Shown here in pieces: positions 42,369-52,937 of a stretch of DNA of 64,000 nt. The first letter of the stretch is position 1. The number at the start of each line of letters is the position of its first letter. The stretch is from Nocardioides daejeonensis (GTDB taxonomy: Bacteria; Actinomycetota; Actinomycetes; Propionibacteriales; Nocardioidaceae). The position numbers and the translations under genes were made by a program. A model generated the notes under the pieces. That model was not told where the DNA came from and searched no databases. It saw nothing but the letters and a program-made list of their open reading frames with translations. Location: contig JBEBTI010000001.1 of NCBI GenBank assembly GCA_040393845.1, forward strand, positions 658-64,657. The letters are read 5' to 3'.

Positions 42369-44273
42369 ATGGGCTACCTGGAGTCGATCTCGACCCCGCG
42401 TGACCTGCGTGACCTCTCCGACGAGCAGCTGGACGCCCTCGCCGCCGAGGTCCGGCAGCGTCTGGTTTCGGTCTGTTCCCGCACCGGTGGTCACCTCGGT
42501 CCCAACCTCGGCGTGGTGGAGCTGACGATCGCCGTGCACCGGGTCTTCGACTCGCCGCACGACCGGGTCGTGTTCGACACCGGACACCAGACCTACGTAC
42601 ACAAACTGTTGACCGGGCGGGCTGACCGCTTCGACACGCTGCGCACCGAGGGCGGTCTCTCCGGCTACCCGAGCCGCGCGGAGTCGCCCCACGACATCGT
42701 CGAGAACTCCCATGCCTCGACCGCACTCTCCTACGCCGACGGCTTGGCCAAGGCCTACCGGATCAAGGGTGAGGACCGCCATGTCGTTGCCCTGATCGGC
42801 GACGGTGCGCTCACCGGCGGAATGGCGTGGGAGGCCCTCAACAACATCGCGATCGCCAAGGACAGCCGTCTGGTGATTGTCGTCAACGACAACGAACGCT
42901 CCTACACCCCGACGATCGGCGGGCTTGCCACCGCGCTGACCACGTTGCGCACGAACCCCCGCTACGAGGCGGTGCTCGACCAGGTCAAGCGTCGGCTCAA
43001 CGCCGTCCCCGGCGTCGGGCCCGCGGCGTACGACGCGCTGCATGCGATCAAGAAGGGCATGAAGGACGTGCTCGCTCCTCAGGGCCTCTTCGAAGACCTC
43101 GGTCTGAAGTACGTCGGCCCGGTCGACGGTCACGACCGTGCGGCGATGGAGCAGGCGCTCACCCAGGCCAAGCGTTTCGGTGGTCCGGTGATCGTGCACG
43201 CCCTCACCGTGAAGGGTCAGGGCTACGACGCTGCGATCCGTCACGAGGCCGACCAGTTCCACTCGCCCGGCCCCTTCGACATCGAATCGGGCAAGGAACG
43301 CCCGAAGGCCGAGATCTGGACCGACCTGTTCGCCCGGGCGATGGTCGACCTCGGTGAGCGTCGCTCCGACGTCGTGGCGGTGACCGCGGCGATGATGCAC
43401 CCGGTCGGCCTCGACGCGTTCGCGCAGCGGTTCCCCGAGCGGACCTTCGACGTCGGCATCGCCGAGCAGCATGCGGCCACGTCGGCGGCCGGCCTGGCGA
43501 TGGGCGGACTGCATCCCGTCGTCGCTGTCTATGCGACGTTTCTCAACCGGGCCTTCGACCAGGTGCTGATGGACGTTGCGCTGCACAAGTGTGGCGTCAC
43601 CTTCGTGCTCGACCGAAGTGGTGTCACCGGTGACGACGGGGGCAGCCACAACGGCATGTGGGACATGTCGATCCTGCAGGTGGTGCCCGGTCTCCGGTTG
43701 GCGGCGCCACGGGACGGCAGTCGTCTCCGGGAGCTGCTGGAAGAGGCCGTCCGGGTGGACGACGGGCCGACCGTCGTCAGGTTCCCCAAGGGACCGCCTC
43801 CCGACGACATCCCGGCACTGCGACGCGTGGGCGACTGCGACGTGCTCGCCGAAGGCGAGAGACCGGACGTGTTGTTGGTCGGGGTGGGATCGATGGCCAC
43901 GGTCGCGCTCGACGCGGCCACGCGTCTCGACGACCTCGGCGTCGGGGTGACCGTCGTGGACCCGCGTTGGGTGAAGCCCGTGGATCCGGCGCTGCTCGAC
44001 CTTGCCCGCCAGCACCGGCTGGTGGTGGTGGTGGAGGACAACGGTGTGGTCGGGGGAGTGGGCAGCGTGGTCCTCCAGACGATCACCGATGCGGGGATCA
44101 GGGTTCCGGTGCGGTTGCACGGCGTACCGCAGGAGTTCCTGGCGCATGCCAAACGCGCGGCGATCCTCGAACGGATCGGACTGACCGGCCCGGCGTTGGC
44201 CGACAGCGTGGCCACCGAGTTGTCCGCGTTGTCCACGGACCAGGCACTGGTCGATGCGGATGCGGGGCGCTAG
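42369..44273 (+). CDS. dxs: 1-deoxy-D-xylulose-5-phosphate synthase
   Basis: [55 protein letters not shown]; RBS GGAGG. Confidence 0.97.
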   Translation: MGYLESISTPRDLRDLSDEQLDALAAEVRQRLVSVCSRTGGHLGPNLGVVELTIAVHRVFDSPHDRVVFDTGHQTYVHKLLTGRADRFDTLRTEGGLSGYPSRAESPHDIVENSHASTALSYADGLAKAYRIKGEDRHVVALIGDGALTGGMAWEALNNIAIAKDSRLVIVVNDNERSYTPTIGGLATALTTLRTNPRYEAVLDQVKRRLNAVPGVGPAAYDALHAIKKGMKDVLAPQGLFEDLGLKYVGPVDGHDRAAMEQALTQAKRFGGPVIVHALTVKGQGYDAAIRHEADQFHSPGPFDIESGKERPKAEIWTDLFARAMVDLGERRSDVVAVTAAMMHPVGLDAFAQRFPERTFDVGIAEQHAATSAAGLAMGGLHPVVAVYATFLNRAFDQVLMDVALHKCGVTFVLDRSGVTGDDGGSHNGMWDMSILQVVPGLRLAAPRDGSRLRELLEEAVRVDDGPTVVRFPKGPPPDDIPALRRVGDCDVLAEGERPDVLLVGVGSMATVALDAATRLDDLGVGVTVVDPRWVKPVDPALLDLARQHRLVVVVEDNGVVGGVGSVVLQTITDAGIRVPVRLHGVPQEFLAHAKRAAILERIGLTGPALADSVATELSALSTDQALVDADAGR

Positions 44274-45513
44274 GCGATCCTGGGAGGGAAGATTCGCCGC
44301 GCTGCTGCTGGTCGGAGGGCTCCTCGGTGGGTGCGGGCTGGGTGGAGGACCACCTGAGCCACCCGGACATGCGAGTTCGGAGGCGATCGATGTCGCCGAG
44401 GTGTCGGCAGTGTTGCAGGCACGGTCCCGGGCGGTACGCCACGGCAACGTGGATGCGTTCCTCGAGGGGGTCGCGTCCGACCCCGGGCTGCGGCACACCC
44501 AGCGCGTGTGGTTCGAGAACCTGCGCCAGTTGCCGATCCAGCGGTTTGCGCACTCTCTCGACGCCGACGACGTCACTCGCACCGCGACCGGTGTGACGGC
44601 TGCGCTCGACGTGGTCCTGCGGCTCGACGGGTTCGACACCGCGCCCGTCCACACACCCACCGTCTACGACTTCGTGCGCGAACAGGACGGCGCACTCCGG
44701 ATCAGCGCCGTCCGGCCGCCACCGGACGGGACGCCGAGCGGCACTCCCCAGCCGTGGGATCTCGCACCCGTCGAGATCCTGCACGGTGACGGAGTGCTGG
44801 GTGTGTTCGACCGCGACTCCTCCATGACGGGCCGCCAGATCATCACGGAGGTGGAGCGCGCGATCGACCAGGTCAGCGCGGTGGTGCCACTGGAGTGGTC
44901 TCACACCGTGGTGGTCTACGCCCTGTCCAACACTGACTTCCTGCGAGCGCTCGACGACCTGCCTGGTGGTGATCCCGAGCAGCTGGACGGGGTGGCGTTC
45001 CCGGTTCCGGTGCGTCCCGGTGCCACCCGGTACGCCGGCACCCGGTTCCTGCTGCACCCGCGGATCCTCGAGCGGACGCCGGACTCGAGGTCCCGCCTGA
45101 TCCGGCACGAACTCGTGCACGTCGCGTTGGGACAGCGTGACGACCGGGTTCCGACGTGGCTGTCCGAGGGGTTGGCGGAGTATGTCTCGGTCCGTCCGTT
45201 GGCGCCCCAGGAGAGGTTGATCTCTCGTCAGACCGTGCGAGCTGCGGAGGAGGGGCTCGCGCGCCTCCCGTCGGATGCCACCTTCAACGGCGCCGACTCG
45301 TCCGCCAACTACGGCATCGCGTGGTACGCCTGCGAGTACATCGCCGCTGCCTACGGCGAACAGACGTTGTGGCGCCTCCTCGACGAGATGGGTGCGGACG
45401 GAGGTACCTCGAGCGACACCCAGGATGTCGTCCTCCAGCGAATGCTCGGCATCTCGTCGCGCACCTTGGCTGAAGCGACCGGCCGGCGGGTTCTGGCCAC
45501 GTTCGGTTCCTGA
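44254..45513 (+). CDS. Putative lipoprotein metallopeptidase (clan MA / gluzincin-like)
   Basis: Lipobox LLGGC; HELVH plus WLSEGLAEY; overlaps the dxs 3' end. Confidence 0.75.
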   Translation: MRMRGARRSWEGRFAALLLVGGLLGGCGLGGGPPEPPGHASSEAIDVAEVSAVLQARSRAVRHGNVDAFLEGVASDPGLRHTQRVWFENLRQLPIQRFAHSLDADDVTRTATGVTAALDVVLRLDGFDTAPVHTPTVYDFVREQDGALRISAVRPPPDGTPSGTPQPWDLAPVEILHGDGVLGVFDRDSSMTGRQIITEVERAIDQVSAVVPLEWSHTVVVYALSNTDFLRALDDLPGGDPEQLDGVAFPVPVRPGATRYAGTRFLLHPRILERTPDSRSRLIRHELVHVALGQRDDRVPTWLSEGLAEYVSVRPLAPQERLISRQTVRAAEEGLARLPSDATFNGADSSANYGIAWYACEYIAAAYGEQTLWRLLDEMGADGGTSSDTQDVVLQRMLGISSRTLAEATGRRVLATFGS

Positions 45514-45586
45514 CCGGCCGCATTCGGCGCACAGGGGATGTGGGAGGCTTTCGCTCACGCACGCAGCGTCTGAGGAGGGGCATCCC

Positions 45587-46510
45587 GTGAAGCACGTCCA
45601 CATCGTCGACGACGTCCCCGTGGAGCTCGCCGACCGACCGGGTCTGCCGCTGGTGGTCGCGCTCGACGGCTTCCTGGACGCCGGCCACGCGGCCGCCCTC
45701 ACCACGCGGCACCTCGCAGCGGCCTCGTCCGGCCCGGTGGTGGCCACCTTCGATGCCGACGTCTTCCACGACTACCGCGCTCGGCGGCCGGCCGTGACGT
45801 TCTCGCGGGACCACTACACCGACTACGACGCCCCGCGGTTGGTGGTGCGACTGATGCGCGACGAGGCGGACATGCCGTTCCTGATGCTCACCGGTCCGGA
45901 GCCCGACGCTCGCTGGGAGGCGTTCGCCAGAGCGGTGCGTGCGGTGGTGACGCGCTTCCAGGTGGCGCTCGTCGTCACGCTCGACTCGGTTCCGATGACT
46001 ACGCCCCACACCCGCCCGCTGCCGGTCACGCAGTACGCCAACAACCCCGCACTGATGCTCGGCAACAATCTGTGGAACTCCGACCTGCGGGTGCCGGCGT
46101 CGGCACATGCACTGCTCGCGGTGCGGCTCGAGCAGTGGGGGCATGACCTGACCGGCTTCGTCGTCCACGTCCCGCACTATCTGGCAGAGTTCGACCACAG
46201 TTCGGCAGCCAGGTCTCTGCTGGAGGGTCTGCAGTCGGTCACCGACCTCGTCTGGGAGACCCACAGTCTCGACCGGGCCGTCGAGGAGCAGGATCGGCGG
46301 ATCGCCCAGCACCTGGAGGAGAATCCGGATGTCGCGGGCCTGGTCGCCGGTCTGGAACAGCAGTACGACACGTTCCGTGCCGCCGAGCAGGCAGGCAGCA
46401 GTCTCCTCGCCGAGGGCAGGGAGTTGCCGACCGGCGACGAGCTCGGCGCAGAGTTCGAGCGCTTCCTCGCCGGCCTCGACGATCCGGACGAACCCCGAGA
46501 AGGGAACTGA
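45587..46510 (+). CDS. PAC2 (proteasome assembly chaperone) family protein
   Basis: GFLDAG, DYRARRP, GPEPD.RW, PHTRP, VPHYL, LEQQYD, FERFL; RBS GAGGAGG. Confidence 0.9.
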   Translation: MKHVHIVDDVPVELADRPGLPLVVALDGFLDAGHAAALTTRHLAAASSGPVVATFDADVFHDYRARRPAVTFSRDHYTDYDAPRLVVRLMRDEADMPFLMLTGPEPDARWEAFARAVRAVVTRFQVALVVTLDSVPMTTPHTRPLPVTQYANNPALMLGNNLWNSDLRVPASAHALLAVRLEQWGHDLTGFVVHVPHYLAEFDHSSAARSLLEGLQSVTDLVWETHSLDRAVEEQDRRIAQHLEENPDVAGLVAGLEQQYDTFRAAEQAGSSLLAEGRELPTGDELGAEFERFLAGLDDPDEPREGN

Positions 46511-46512
46511 GG

Positions 46513-47388
46513 GTGCCACGATCAGCAGCTGAGTTGGTCGACCTCCTCGACCTCGAGGACATCGACGGCAACCTGTTCCGCGGGCGGCAGCCGACCACCA
46601 CGCTGCAGCGGGTGTTCGGAGGCCAGGTGGCCGCACAGGCGTTGATCGCCGGAGCTCGCACGGTCGAGGGCCTCGACGTGCACTCGATGCACTCCTACTT
46701 CCTCCGGCCCGGAGACACGGCCGTGCCGATCGTCTATGACGTCGAGAATGTGCGCGACGGCCGTTCGTTCGCCACCCGTCGGGTGGTCGCCCGCCAGCAC
46801 GGTCGTCCGATCTATGTGCTTTCCGCCAACTTCCAACGGCACGAGGTCGGCCTCGAACACCAGGACACGATGCCGGACGTCCGCCCTCCGGAGGAGGGGC
46901 TCACCCTGCCTCAGTTGTTCTCCAGCAGGAAGGCCCACGACGACTCCGAGACGATGCGGCAGTGGACCGAGGAGTGGGCGGCGCTCGACGTCCGCTACCT
47001 CGGCAACACGCTGCTGGGCGGCATCCCGGACGACCCCACCCGACCCTCGCGGGCGATGACCTGGGTCCGTGTGGACGGTCGTCTCTCGGACGACTCGCTG
47101 GAGCACGTCGCGACCTTCACCTACGCCAGCGACATGACGCTGATCAGCGCGGCGTTGGTGCCCTACAACCTGCGCACCGCGAGCCCCGGCATGCAGGTTG
47201 CGTCGTTGGACCACACGATCTGGTTCCACCGACCGTTCCGCGCGGACGAGTGGTGGCTCTACGACCAGCACTCGCCCTCTGCGTCCGGTGGCCGAGGTCT
47301 GGTGCTGGCCCGGGTGTGGAGCCAGACCGGCGAACTGGTGGCGACGGTCGCCCAGGAGGGCCTGATCCGCAAACACCCCGCGCCCTGA
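46513..47388 (+). CDS. tesB: Acyl-CoA thioesterase II
   Basis: VFGGQV, HSMHSYFLRPG, RDGRSF, YASDM, SLDHTIWFH, QEG. Confidence 0.94.
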   Translation: MPRSAAELVDLLDLEDIDGNLFRGRQPTTTLQRVFGGQVAAQALIAGARTVEGLDVHSMHSYFLRPGDTAVPIVYDVENVRDGRSFATRRVVARQHGRPIYVLSANFQRHEVGLEHQDTMPDVRPPEEGLTLPQLFSSRKAHDDSETMRQWTEEWAALDVRYLGNTLLGGIPDDPTRPSRAMTWVRVDGRLSDDSLEHVATFTYASDMTLISAALVPYNLRTASPGMQVASLDHTIWFHRPFRADEWWLYDQHSPSASGGRGLVLARVWSQTGELVATVAQEGLIRKHPAP

Positions 47389-47414
47389 CGACGCGGGGTG
47401 TTCGGCGGAGCTGC

Positions 47415-48293
47415 TCAGAGTGGCGTGGTCCGTCCCACGACGTGGGGCGCGCCCTTGCGGGGATCGGTGACCGAGAACCTGATGCCGTCCTCGGCGCCGC
47501 GGAAACCGAAGGCGACGGTGCCGGGCAGGAAGATCGGCTTCTTGAACCCGACCTCGACGCGGACCTGCTCAGGAAGCCTGTTGTCCAGTGCGGCGAGGGC
47601 ACGGGCCTTGGTCCACATGCCGTGCGCGATGTGGCGGGGGAAGCCGAACGCCCTGGCCGTCAACGGGTGCAGGTGGATCGGGTTGCTGTCACCGGAGACC
47701 CGGGCATAGGTGCGCCCGAGGCTGCTCGGCAACCGCCAGGACGCCACGCCCGGGACGGGCTCACCGAACTCGGTGCCACGGTCGCCCCGTTCCCGGTCAC
47801 CCTTGCCGACCCGCAGGTAGGTCGAGGTGCTGCGCCAGACCTCGACCCCGTCAGCGCTCACCGACGCCACCATGTCGTACGCCGTCCCATTGGCGTGGGT
47901 GCGGAGGTTGGTGGCGTGCACGGAGGCATCGACGACCGCGCCCGGCCCCAGGTGGGCCAGCCGCTCGATGCGATTCTCCAGGTGCACGGTGCCGATCGCC
48001 GGGAACGGAAACTCACTGTCGCTCATCACGGCCATGTGCAGCGGGAAGCAGAGCATGTGCAGGTAGGTCGGTGGCAGAGCGTCGCTGCGCGCGAATCCGC
48101 ACACCTCGGCGTACCTGCGCACGTGCTCCGGATCGACCGCGACCTGCTCGGTCCGGAGCACCAGGTCGGGCAGGGTGCGGCTGGTCCGCTTGATCCCGGG
48201 CAGTTGGTTGACCACCGGCACGGTCGGCAGCGCCGCCCGGAGCAGTTGCCCGATCCCACCTGCCGCGCCGGTGATGACGCGGGTCTCCGTCAC
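47415..48293 (-). CDS. MaoC-like double hot-dog (R)-hydratase/dehydratase (HtdX-like)
   Basis: VHLENRI, YARVSGDSNPIH, IAHGMWT; co-oriented with fabG4. Confidence 0.9.
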   Translation of the reverse strand: MTETRVITGAAGGIGQLLRAALPTVPVVNQLPGIKRTSRTLPDLVLRTEQVAVDPEHVRRYAEVCGFARSDALPPTYLHMLCFPLHMAVMSDSEFPFPAIGTVHLENRIERLAHLGPGAVVDASVHATNLRTHANGTAYDMVASVSADGVEVWRSTSTYLRVGKGDRERGDRGTEFGEPVPGVASWRLPSSLGRTYARVSGDSNPIHLHPLTARAFGFPRHIAHGMWTKARALAALDNRLPEQVRVEVGFKKPIFLPGTVAFGFRGAEDGIRFSVTDPRKGAPHVVGRTTPL

Positions 48294-48294
48294 G

Positions 48295-49626
48295 TCAGGC
48301 TCCCAACATCATCTGGCCACAGACGCGGACCACGTTGCCGTCGACCGCGCTGGAGGCGGGACTGGCGCACCACGCAATGGTCTCGGCCACGTCGACCGGA
48401 AGACCGCCCTGGCTCATCGCGTTGAGCCGCTGGCCGACCTCGCGGGTGGCGAAGGGCACGGCCGCGGTCATTGCCGTGACGATGAATCCGGGAGCCACCG
48501 CGTTGATGGTGATCCCCTTGGGGAGCGTGCCCGCGAGGGAGTCGACGAAACCGATCACGCCGGCCTTCGACGCGGCGTAGTTGGTCTGGCCGACGTTGCC
48601 CGCGATGCCGGCGATCGAAGCGACGCCGATCACCCGTCCGTTCTCGTTGATCGCATCGGCATCGAGCAGTGCTCGCGTGATCAGCTCCGGTGCAGTCAGG
48701 TTGACGGCGATGACCGAGTCCCAGCGGTCCTTCACCATGTTGGCCAACTTCTTGTCCCGGGTGATGCCGGCATTGTGCACGATCACGTCCACCCCGCCGT
48801 GCTTCTCCTTGACGTGGTGGGCGATCCGCTGCGGAGCATCGGCGTGTGTGATGTCGAGGGTGAGGGAGTCACCGTTGAGTTCGCGCATCACTGCCTGGAG
48901 CTCGCTGGCGGCCTGCGGTACGTCGATGCCGAGGACGGTTGCGCCGTCCCGGTGCAGCACGCGGGCGATCTGCTCGCCGATGCCCCGGCTGGCGCCGGTG
49001 ACGATCGCCAACTTGCCGGCCAGCGGGCGCTGCCAGTCGACCTTCGGCGCAGTCGTGGCGCCGGTGGTGCCGATCCGGACCACCTGGCCCGAGACGTAGG
49101 CGGACTTCGGTGAGAGGAGGAACGCGAGCGTCGAGTCGACCGCGGTTTCGGCGCCGACTCCGACCTGCACCAACTGGACGGTCGAGCCCTTGCCGATCTC
49201 CTTGCCGAGGGATCGGGTGAAGCCTTCGAGCGCACGTTGGGCGACGCGCTCCGCACCGGAGACCGCGGTGGGCGGGGTGCCCAGGACGACCACGCGGGCG
49301 CAGGCCTCGAGGCGCCGCAGCAGAGGGGTGAAGAACTCCTGGAGAGCGACCAGCTCGGCGCTCGAGCTGATGCCGGTGGCGTCGAAGACGAGGGCCTTCG
49401 CGCGGGCCCCGTCCGCAAGTGAGGTGGTGTGGGTGATGCCGAGGCCGTCCAGACGGGCCGGGAGCACGTCGGCAAGACGGCCGTTGCCGCCGAGCACGAC
49501 CACGCCGTCGACCAGCGGTGCCCCGTCGGTCCAGCGCTCGAGCACCGTCGGGTCGGGCAGACCGAGGTTCTTGACCAGCAGCTTGCCGATCGGGTTCTTC
49601 GTGAAGGCTTGGTAGCGATCGCTCAT
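48295..49626 (-). CDS. fabG4: High-molecular-weight 3-oxoacyl reductase (FabG4-like)
   Basis: Flavodoxin-like N-domain (SLGKE, SAYVSGQ) plus SDR domain (TGASRGIG, HNAGITRD, NYAASKAG, VCGQMMLGA). Confidence 0.9.
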   Translation of the reverse strand: MSDRYQAFTKNPIGKLLVKNLGLPDPTVLERWTDGAPLVDGVVVLGGNGRLADVLPARLDGLGITHTTSLADGARAKALVFDATGISSSAELVALQEFFTPLLRRLEACARVVVLGTPPTAVSGAERVAQRALEGFTRSLGKEIGKGSTVQLVQVGVGAETAVDSTLAFLLSPKSAYVSGQVVRIGTTGATTAPKVDWQRPLAGKLAIVTGASRGIGEQIARVLHRDGATVLGIDVPQAASELQAVMRELNGDSLTLDITHADAPQRIAHHVKEKHGGVDVIVHNAGITRDKKLANMVKDRWDSVIAVNLTAPELITRALLDADAINENGRVIGVASIAGIAGNVGQTNYAASKAGVIGFVDSLAGTLPKGITINAVAPGFIVTAMTAAVPFATREVGQRLNAMSQGGLPVDVAETIAWCASPASSAVDGNVVRVCGQMMLGA

Positions 49627-49688
49627 CGTGAAGTCCTTGCTGAGGTCGGAAGTCGGGCGGATTCTGATCGATGGTATGCAACATATGT

Positions 49689-49705
49689 TGTAACTCGGAG
49701 TTCAG
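49689..49705. promoter_or_regulatory. Operator TGTAACTCGGAGTTCAG between divergent fabG4 and fadA2
   Basis: 13/16 match to the perfect palindrome at 29555. Confidence 0.6.
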
Positions 49706-49729
49706 GTTTCGTGATCTCCGCCTCATTGC

Positions 49730-49746
49730 TGTACCAACGAGTAACA
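49730..49746. promoter_or_regulatory. Second operator-like site TGTACCAACGAGTAACA (TAC-N6-GTA core)
   Basis: Shares the TAC-N6-GTA core with the sites at 13563 and 62313; also 12/16 to the 29555 motif. Confidence 0.45.
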
Positions 49747-49827
49747 AAGCGCAAGGATAGTGGGAGACAGGAAGGTGGACCCAGTCCACTTGTCATACCG
49801 CTGCACACCGAAGCCAGGAGTCACCAC

Positions 49828-51111
49828 ATGCAGGCCACCACTCGTCGCGTCGCCGTCATCGGCGGCAACCGCATTCCGTTCGCCCGGTCGAACACCGTCT
49901 ATGCGGATGCCTCCAACCAGGAGATGCTCACCGCCGCACTCGACGGCCTCGTCGCGCGCTTCGGTCTCGAGGGCGAACAACTCGGCGAGTTCGCCGCGGG
50001 TGCCGTCCTCAAGCACAGCCGGGACTTCAACCTGGCTCGCGAGGTCGTGCTCGGTTCCAAGCTCTCACCGCGTACGCCGGCCTACGACCTCCAGCAGGCC
50101 TGCGGCACCGGCCTCCAGGCAGTCATCCAGGTGGCCAACAAGATCGCGCTCGGCCAGATCGACGTCGGCGTCGCCGGTGGCTCCGACACCACCTCCGACG
50201 CGCCTCTCGCCGTGGGCGAGAAACTCCGCAAGAAGCTGATCAAGGTCAATCAGGCCAAGGACACGAAGGCCCGGCTCGCAGCCCTGGCCAAGATCCGACC
50301 TGGCGACGTCAGCCTGGCCGTTCCGCAGAACTCCGAGCCCCGCACCGGACTCTCGATGGGCGACCACCAGGCGCTGACCGCGCTCGAGTGGGGCATCACC
50401 CGCGAGGCGCAGGACGAGTTGGCCGCGGCCTCCCACCAGCACCTCGCCGCGTCCTACGAGGCCGGGTTCCAGGACGACCTGGTCACGCCCTTCCGCGGCG
50501 TCGAGCGGGACAACAACCTGCGGCCGGACTCGACGGTCGAGAAGTTGGCCAAGCTCAAGCCGGTCTTCGGCAGGGGCGAGGCAGCCACCATGACCGCCGG
50601 CAACTCCACGCCACTGAGTGACGGTGCGTCCGTCGTGTTGCTCGCCTCCGAGGAGTGGGCCGCGGAGCGGAACCTGCCGGTGCTGGCCTATCTCACGGCA
50701 TACGAGACGGCGGCCGTCGACTACGTCGGCGGTGACGAGGGCCTGCTGATGGCGCCGGCCTACGCGGTCGCCCAGATGCTCACCCGCGAGGGCCTCACGC
50801 TGCAGGACTTCGACTTCTACGAGATCCACGAGGCGTTCGCCTCGCAGGTGCTCTCCACCCTCAAGGCGTGGGAGTCCCCGGTGTTCTGCAAGGAGCGGCT
50901 CGGCCTCGACGCGCCGCTCGGTGCGATCGACCGGAGCAAGTTGAACGTCAACGGCTCGTCGCTCGCCGCCGCGCACCCGTTTGCCGCGACCGGTGGTCGC
51001 ATCGTGCCGGTGCTCGCCAAGTTGCTTGCGGAGAAGGGCTCGGGCCGTGGCCTCATCTCGATCTGCGCAGCCGGTGGTCAGGGCGTCGTGGCGATTCTCG
51101 AACGGAACTGA
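49828..51111 (+). CDS. fadA2: Acetyl-CoA C-acyltransferase (FadA2-like thiolase)
   Basis: GGNRIPF, QQACGTG, NSTPLSDGA, EIHEAFA, GSSLAAAHPFAATG, ICAAGGQG; RBS AGGAG. Confidence 0.92.
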   Translation: MQATTRRVAVIGGNRIPFARSNTVYADASNQEMLTAALDGLVARFGLEGEQLGEFAAGAVLKHSRDFNLAREVVLGSKLSPRTPAYDLQQACGTGLQAVIQVANKIALGQIDVGVAGGSDTTSDAPLAVGEKLRKKLIKVNQAKDTKARLAALAKIRPGDVSLAVPQNSEPRTGLSMGDHQALTALEWGITREAQDELAAASHQHLAASYEAGFQDDLVTPFRGVERDNNLRPDSTVEKLAKLKPVFGRGEAATMTAGNSTPLSDGASVVLLASEEWAAERNLPVLAYLTAYETAAVDYVGGDEGLLMAPAYAVAQMLTREGLTLQDFDFYEIHEAFASQVLSTLKAWESPVFCKERLGLDAPLGAIDRSKLNVNGSSLAAAHPFAATGGRIVPVLAKLLAEKGSGRGLISICAAGGQGVVAILERN

Positions 51112-51804
51112 TCAGCCCCGCGCGAGAGCCAGATTGGTCACCACGAGGTAGTCGCGGACGGTCTCGACGGCGAGTGGACTCGTCGTCGGGATCCCCGGCG
51201 CCAACTCCTTGACATAGATGCCGATCCGCGCAAGTTGAAGGGCGCCCAGGCCGGTGGCATACATGTGATTGGCCAGGACCTCGGTGTCGTCGATCTTGAA
51301 GACATCCCGGTCGACGCCGTCGTCCAGGGTGCGGGTGAGGACGCTCAGGCACCCGGCGATCGCGCGGCCGAGCCGGAAGAGCGCAGATTCCGAGATCTCG
51401 TCGAAGAGTTCCGGGCCGGGACGGCGCATCAACCCTTGGGCGCACTCGACGAACGCCGGGTTGGCGACGCCGAAGTCGACGAACGCCTCGACCATGCCCT
51501 GGAGGCGGTCCGCGGGGTCGTCTCCGTCGACTGCGCCCATCAGGTCGAGGAGTTCGTCGAGGTAGCCGACCAGAGTGAGGGCGAACAACTCCTCCTTGCC
51601 GGAGAAGTGTCGATAGATGATGGCGCGGTTGGTGCCGACCGCGCGGGCGATGTCGTCGATGTGCACGTCGCGCACGCCGCGGGCGTCGAAGAGTGCCCGG
51701 GTGGCGGCGAGGATCTCCTGCTCGCGCTTGCGGCGACGCGTGGCCGCAGCGGACCGGCGTCCGTCCTGCCTCGGCGCGGAGGGGGACGTGGTGCGCTCGC
51801 TCAT
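51112..51804 (-). CDS. TetR-family regulator (FdmR/Rv0238-like by synteny)
   Basis: HTH ILAATRALF..G....IDDIARAVG.NRAIIYRHF.GKEELF; adjacent to fadA2-fabG4-htdX; leaderless -10 TATGAT. Confidence 0.9.
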   Translation of the reverse strand: MSERTTSPSAPRQDGRRSAAATRRRKREQEILAATRALFDARGVRDVHIDDIARAVGTNRAIIYRHFSGKEELFALTLVGYLDELLDLMGAVDGDDPADRLQGMVEAFVDFGVANPAFVECAQGLMRRPGPELFDEISESALFRLGRAIAGCLSVLTRTLDDGVDRDVFKIDDTEVLANHMYATGLGALQLARIGIYVKELAPGIPTTSPLAVETVRDYLVVTNLALARG

Positions 51805-51824
51805 GAGGCCGATCATAACCATCC

Positions 51825-51841
51825 TGTAACTGCGGGTTGCA
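51825..51841. promoter_or_regulatory. Operator TGTAACTGCGGGTTGCA in the TetR promoter (candidate autoregulatory site)
   Basis: 13/16 match to the 29555 palindrome, just upstream of the TetR -10. Confidence 0.6.
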
Positions 51842-51898
51842 CACCGTGGTGACACGTGTTCGCACCGTTGCCGGCGGCGCTTCGGGTAGAACTGCTGG

Positions 51899-52819
51899 GT
51901 GGGCGAACTGGTGCGGGAGTGGCGTCCGAGCTGGCCGTGTCCGGTCGGGGCCGTACTCGCGCCCCTGCGGCGCGGCACCGGTGATCCGACCCACCGGGCC
52001 GACTCCGGCGGTGGTCACTGGCGCGCCTCGTCGACTCCCGAAGGCGCAGGTGCGCTCCGGATGCAGGCGCGGCCGACCGACGGTCTGGTGGTCGGGACCG
52101 CGTGGGGTCCGGGTGCCGAATGGCTGCTGGAGGCGATGCCGGCACTGCTCGGCGCCGATGACGACTGGTCGGGCTTCGAGGCGCGGCACCCGGTCCTGGA
52201 GGAGGCCCGGCGGCGGCACCCTCACTGGCGGATCGGGCGCACCGGTCTCGTCTTCGACGCGCTCCTGCCTGCCGTCATCGAGCAGAAGGTGACCGGGCAG
52301 GAGGCCTTTGCGGGATACCGGCGGCTGGTCCGGGCGCGCGGCGAGCCTGCACCCGGCCCCGGGGGTGCGCTCGGCCTCATGGTGCCGCCGGACGCGCGGG
52401 TCGTGGCGGCGGTTCCGTCATGGGAGTGGATCCGGTTCCCGGTCGACCATGCCCGGTCGCGGACCGCGGTCGCTGCGGCGCGGGTCGCGCCGGCGCTCGA
52501 ACGGACGGCTCACCGCGAGCCGGATCTTCTGGACCGCCGGCTCCGGTCCCTGCCCGGCGTGGGGGTGTGGACCAGCGCAGAGACCCGAGCACGTGCCCTC
52601 GGTGACCCCGACGCCGTGAGCCTCGGCGACTTCCACGTGGCGAAGGACATCGGATGGGCGTTGACCGGCGCCCCGATGGACGACGCTGAACTCGAGGTCT
52701 TCCTCGAGCCGTGGCGCGGGCACCGGCGTCGGGTCCAGGCCCTGGTCGCGCTCGCACGGCTGGGCAGACCGCGGCGTGGCCCGCGATTGGCACCGCGGCG
52801 TCACCTCCCGCGTTCTTGA
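51899..52819 (+). CDS. DNA-3-methyladenine glycosylase II (AlkA/HhH-GPD)-like protein
   Basis: AVIEQKV, LRSLPGVGVWTS HhH motif, LGDPDAV..GDFH, PWRGHR. Confidence 0.85.
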   Translation: MGELVREWRPSWPCPVGAVLAPLRRGTGDPTHRADSGGGHWRASSTPEGAGALRMQARPTDGLVVGTAWGPGAEWLLEAMPALLGADDDWSGFEARHPVLEEARRRHPHWRIGRTGLVFDALLPAVIEQKVTGQEAFAGYRRLVRARGEPAPGPGGALGLMVPPDARVVAAVPSWEWIRFPVDHARSRTAVAAARVAPALERTAHREPDLLDRRLRSLPGVGVWTSAETRARALGDPDAVSLGDFHVAKDIGWALTGAPMDDAELEVFLEPWRGHRRRVQALVALARLGRPRRGPRLAPRRHLPRS

Positions 52820-52871
52820 TCGTTCGAAGGGCGAGGCGATGTGGGTGGCGGGCCGCCTCCTGGCAGTATGA

Positions 52872-52893
52872 CGTAACTAACGTTTACGTTACG
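52872..52893. promoter_or_regulatory. Nested AT-rich palindrome upstream of the mce operon
   Basis: CGTAAC-N10-GTTACG overlapping TAACGT-TT-ACGTTA (52878-52891). Confidence 0.5.
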
Positions 52894-52937
52894 CGTTGCA
52901 TGAGGTGGGCAGCCCAGCCGACCGGAAGCGGGGGTTG

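Noticed and set aside
51847-51863. SOS-box-like GGTGACACGTGTTCGC upstream of the AlkA-like glycosylase
   Set aside because: Only the right half matches TCGAAC-N4-GTTCGA; too degenerate to call.
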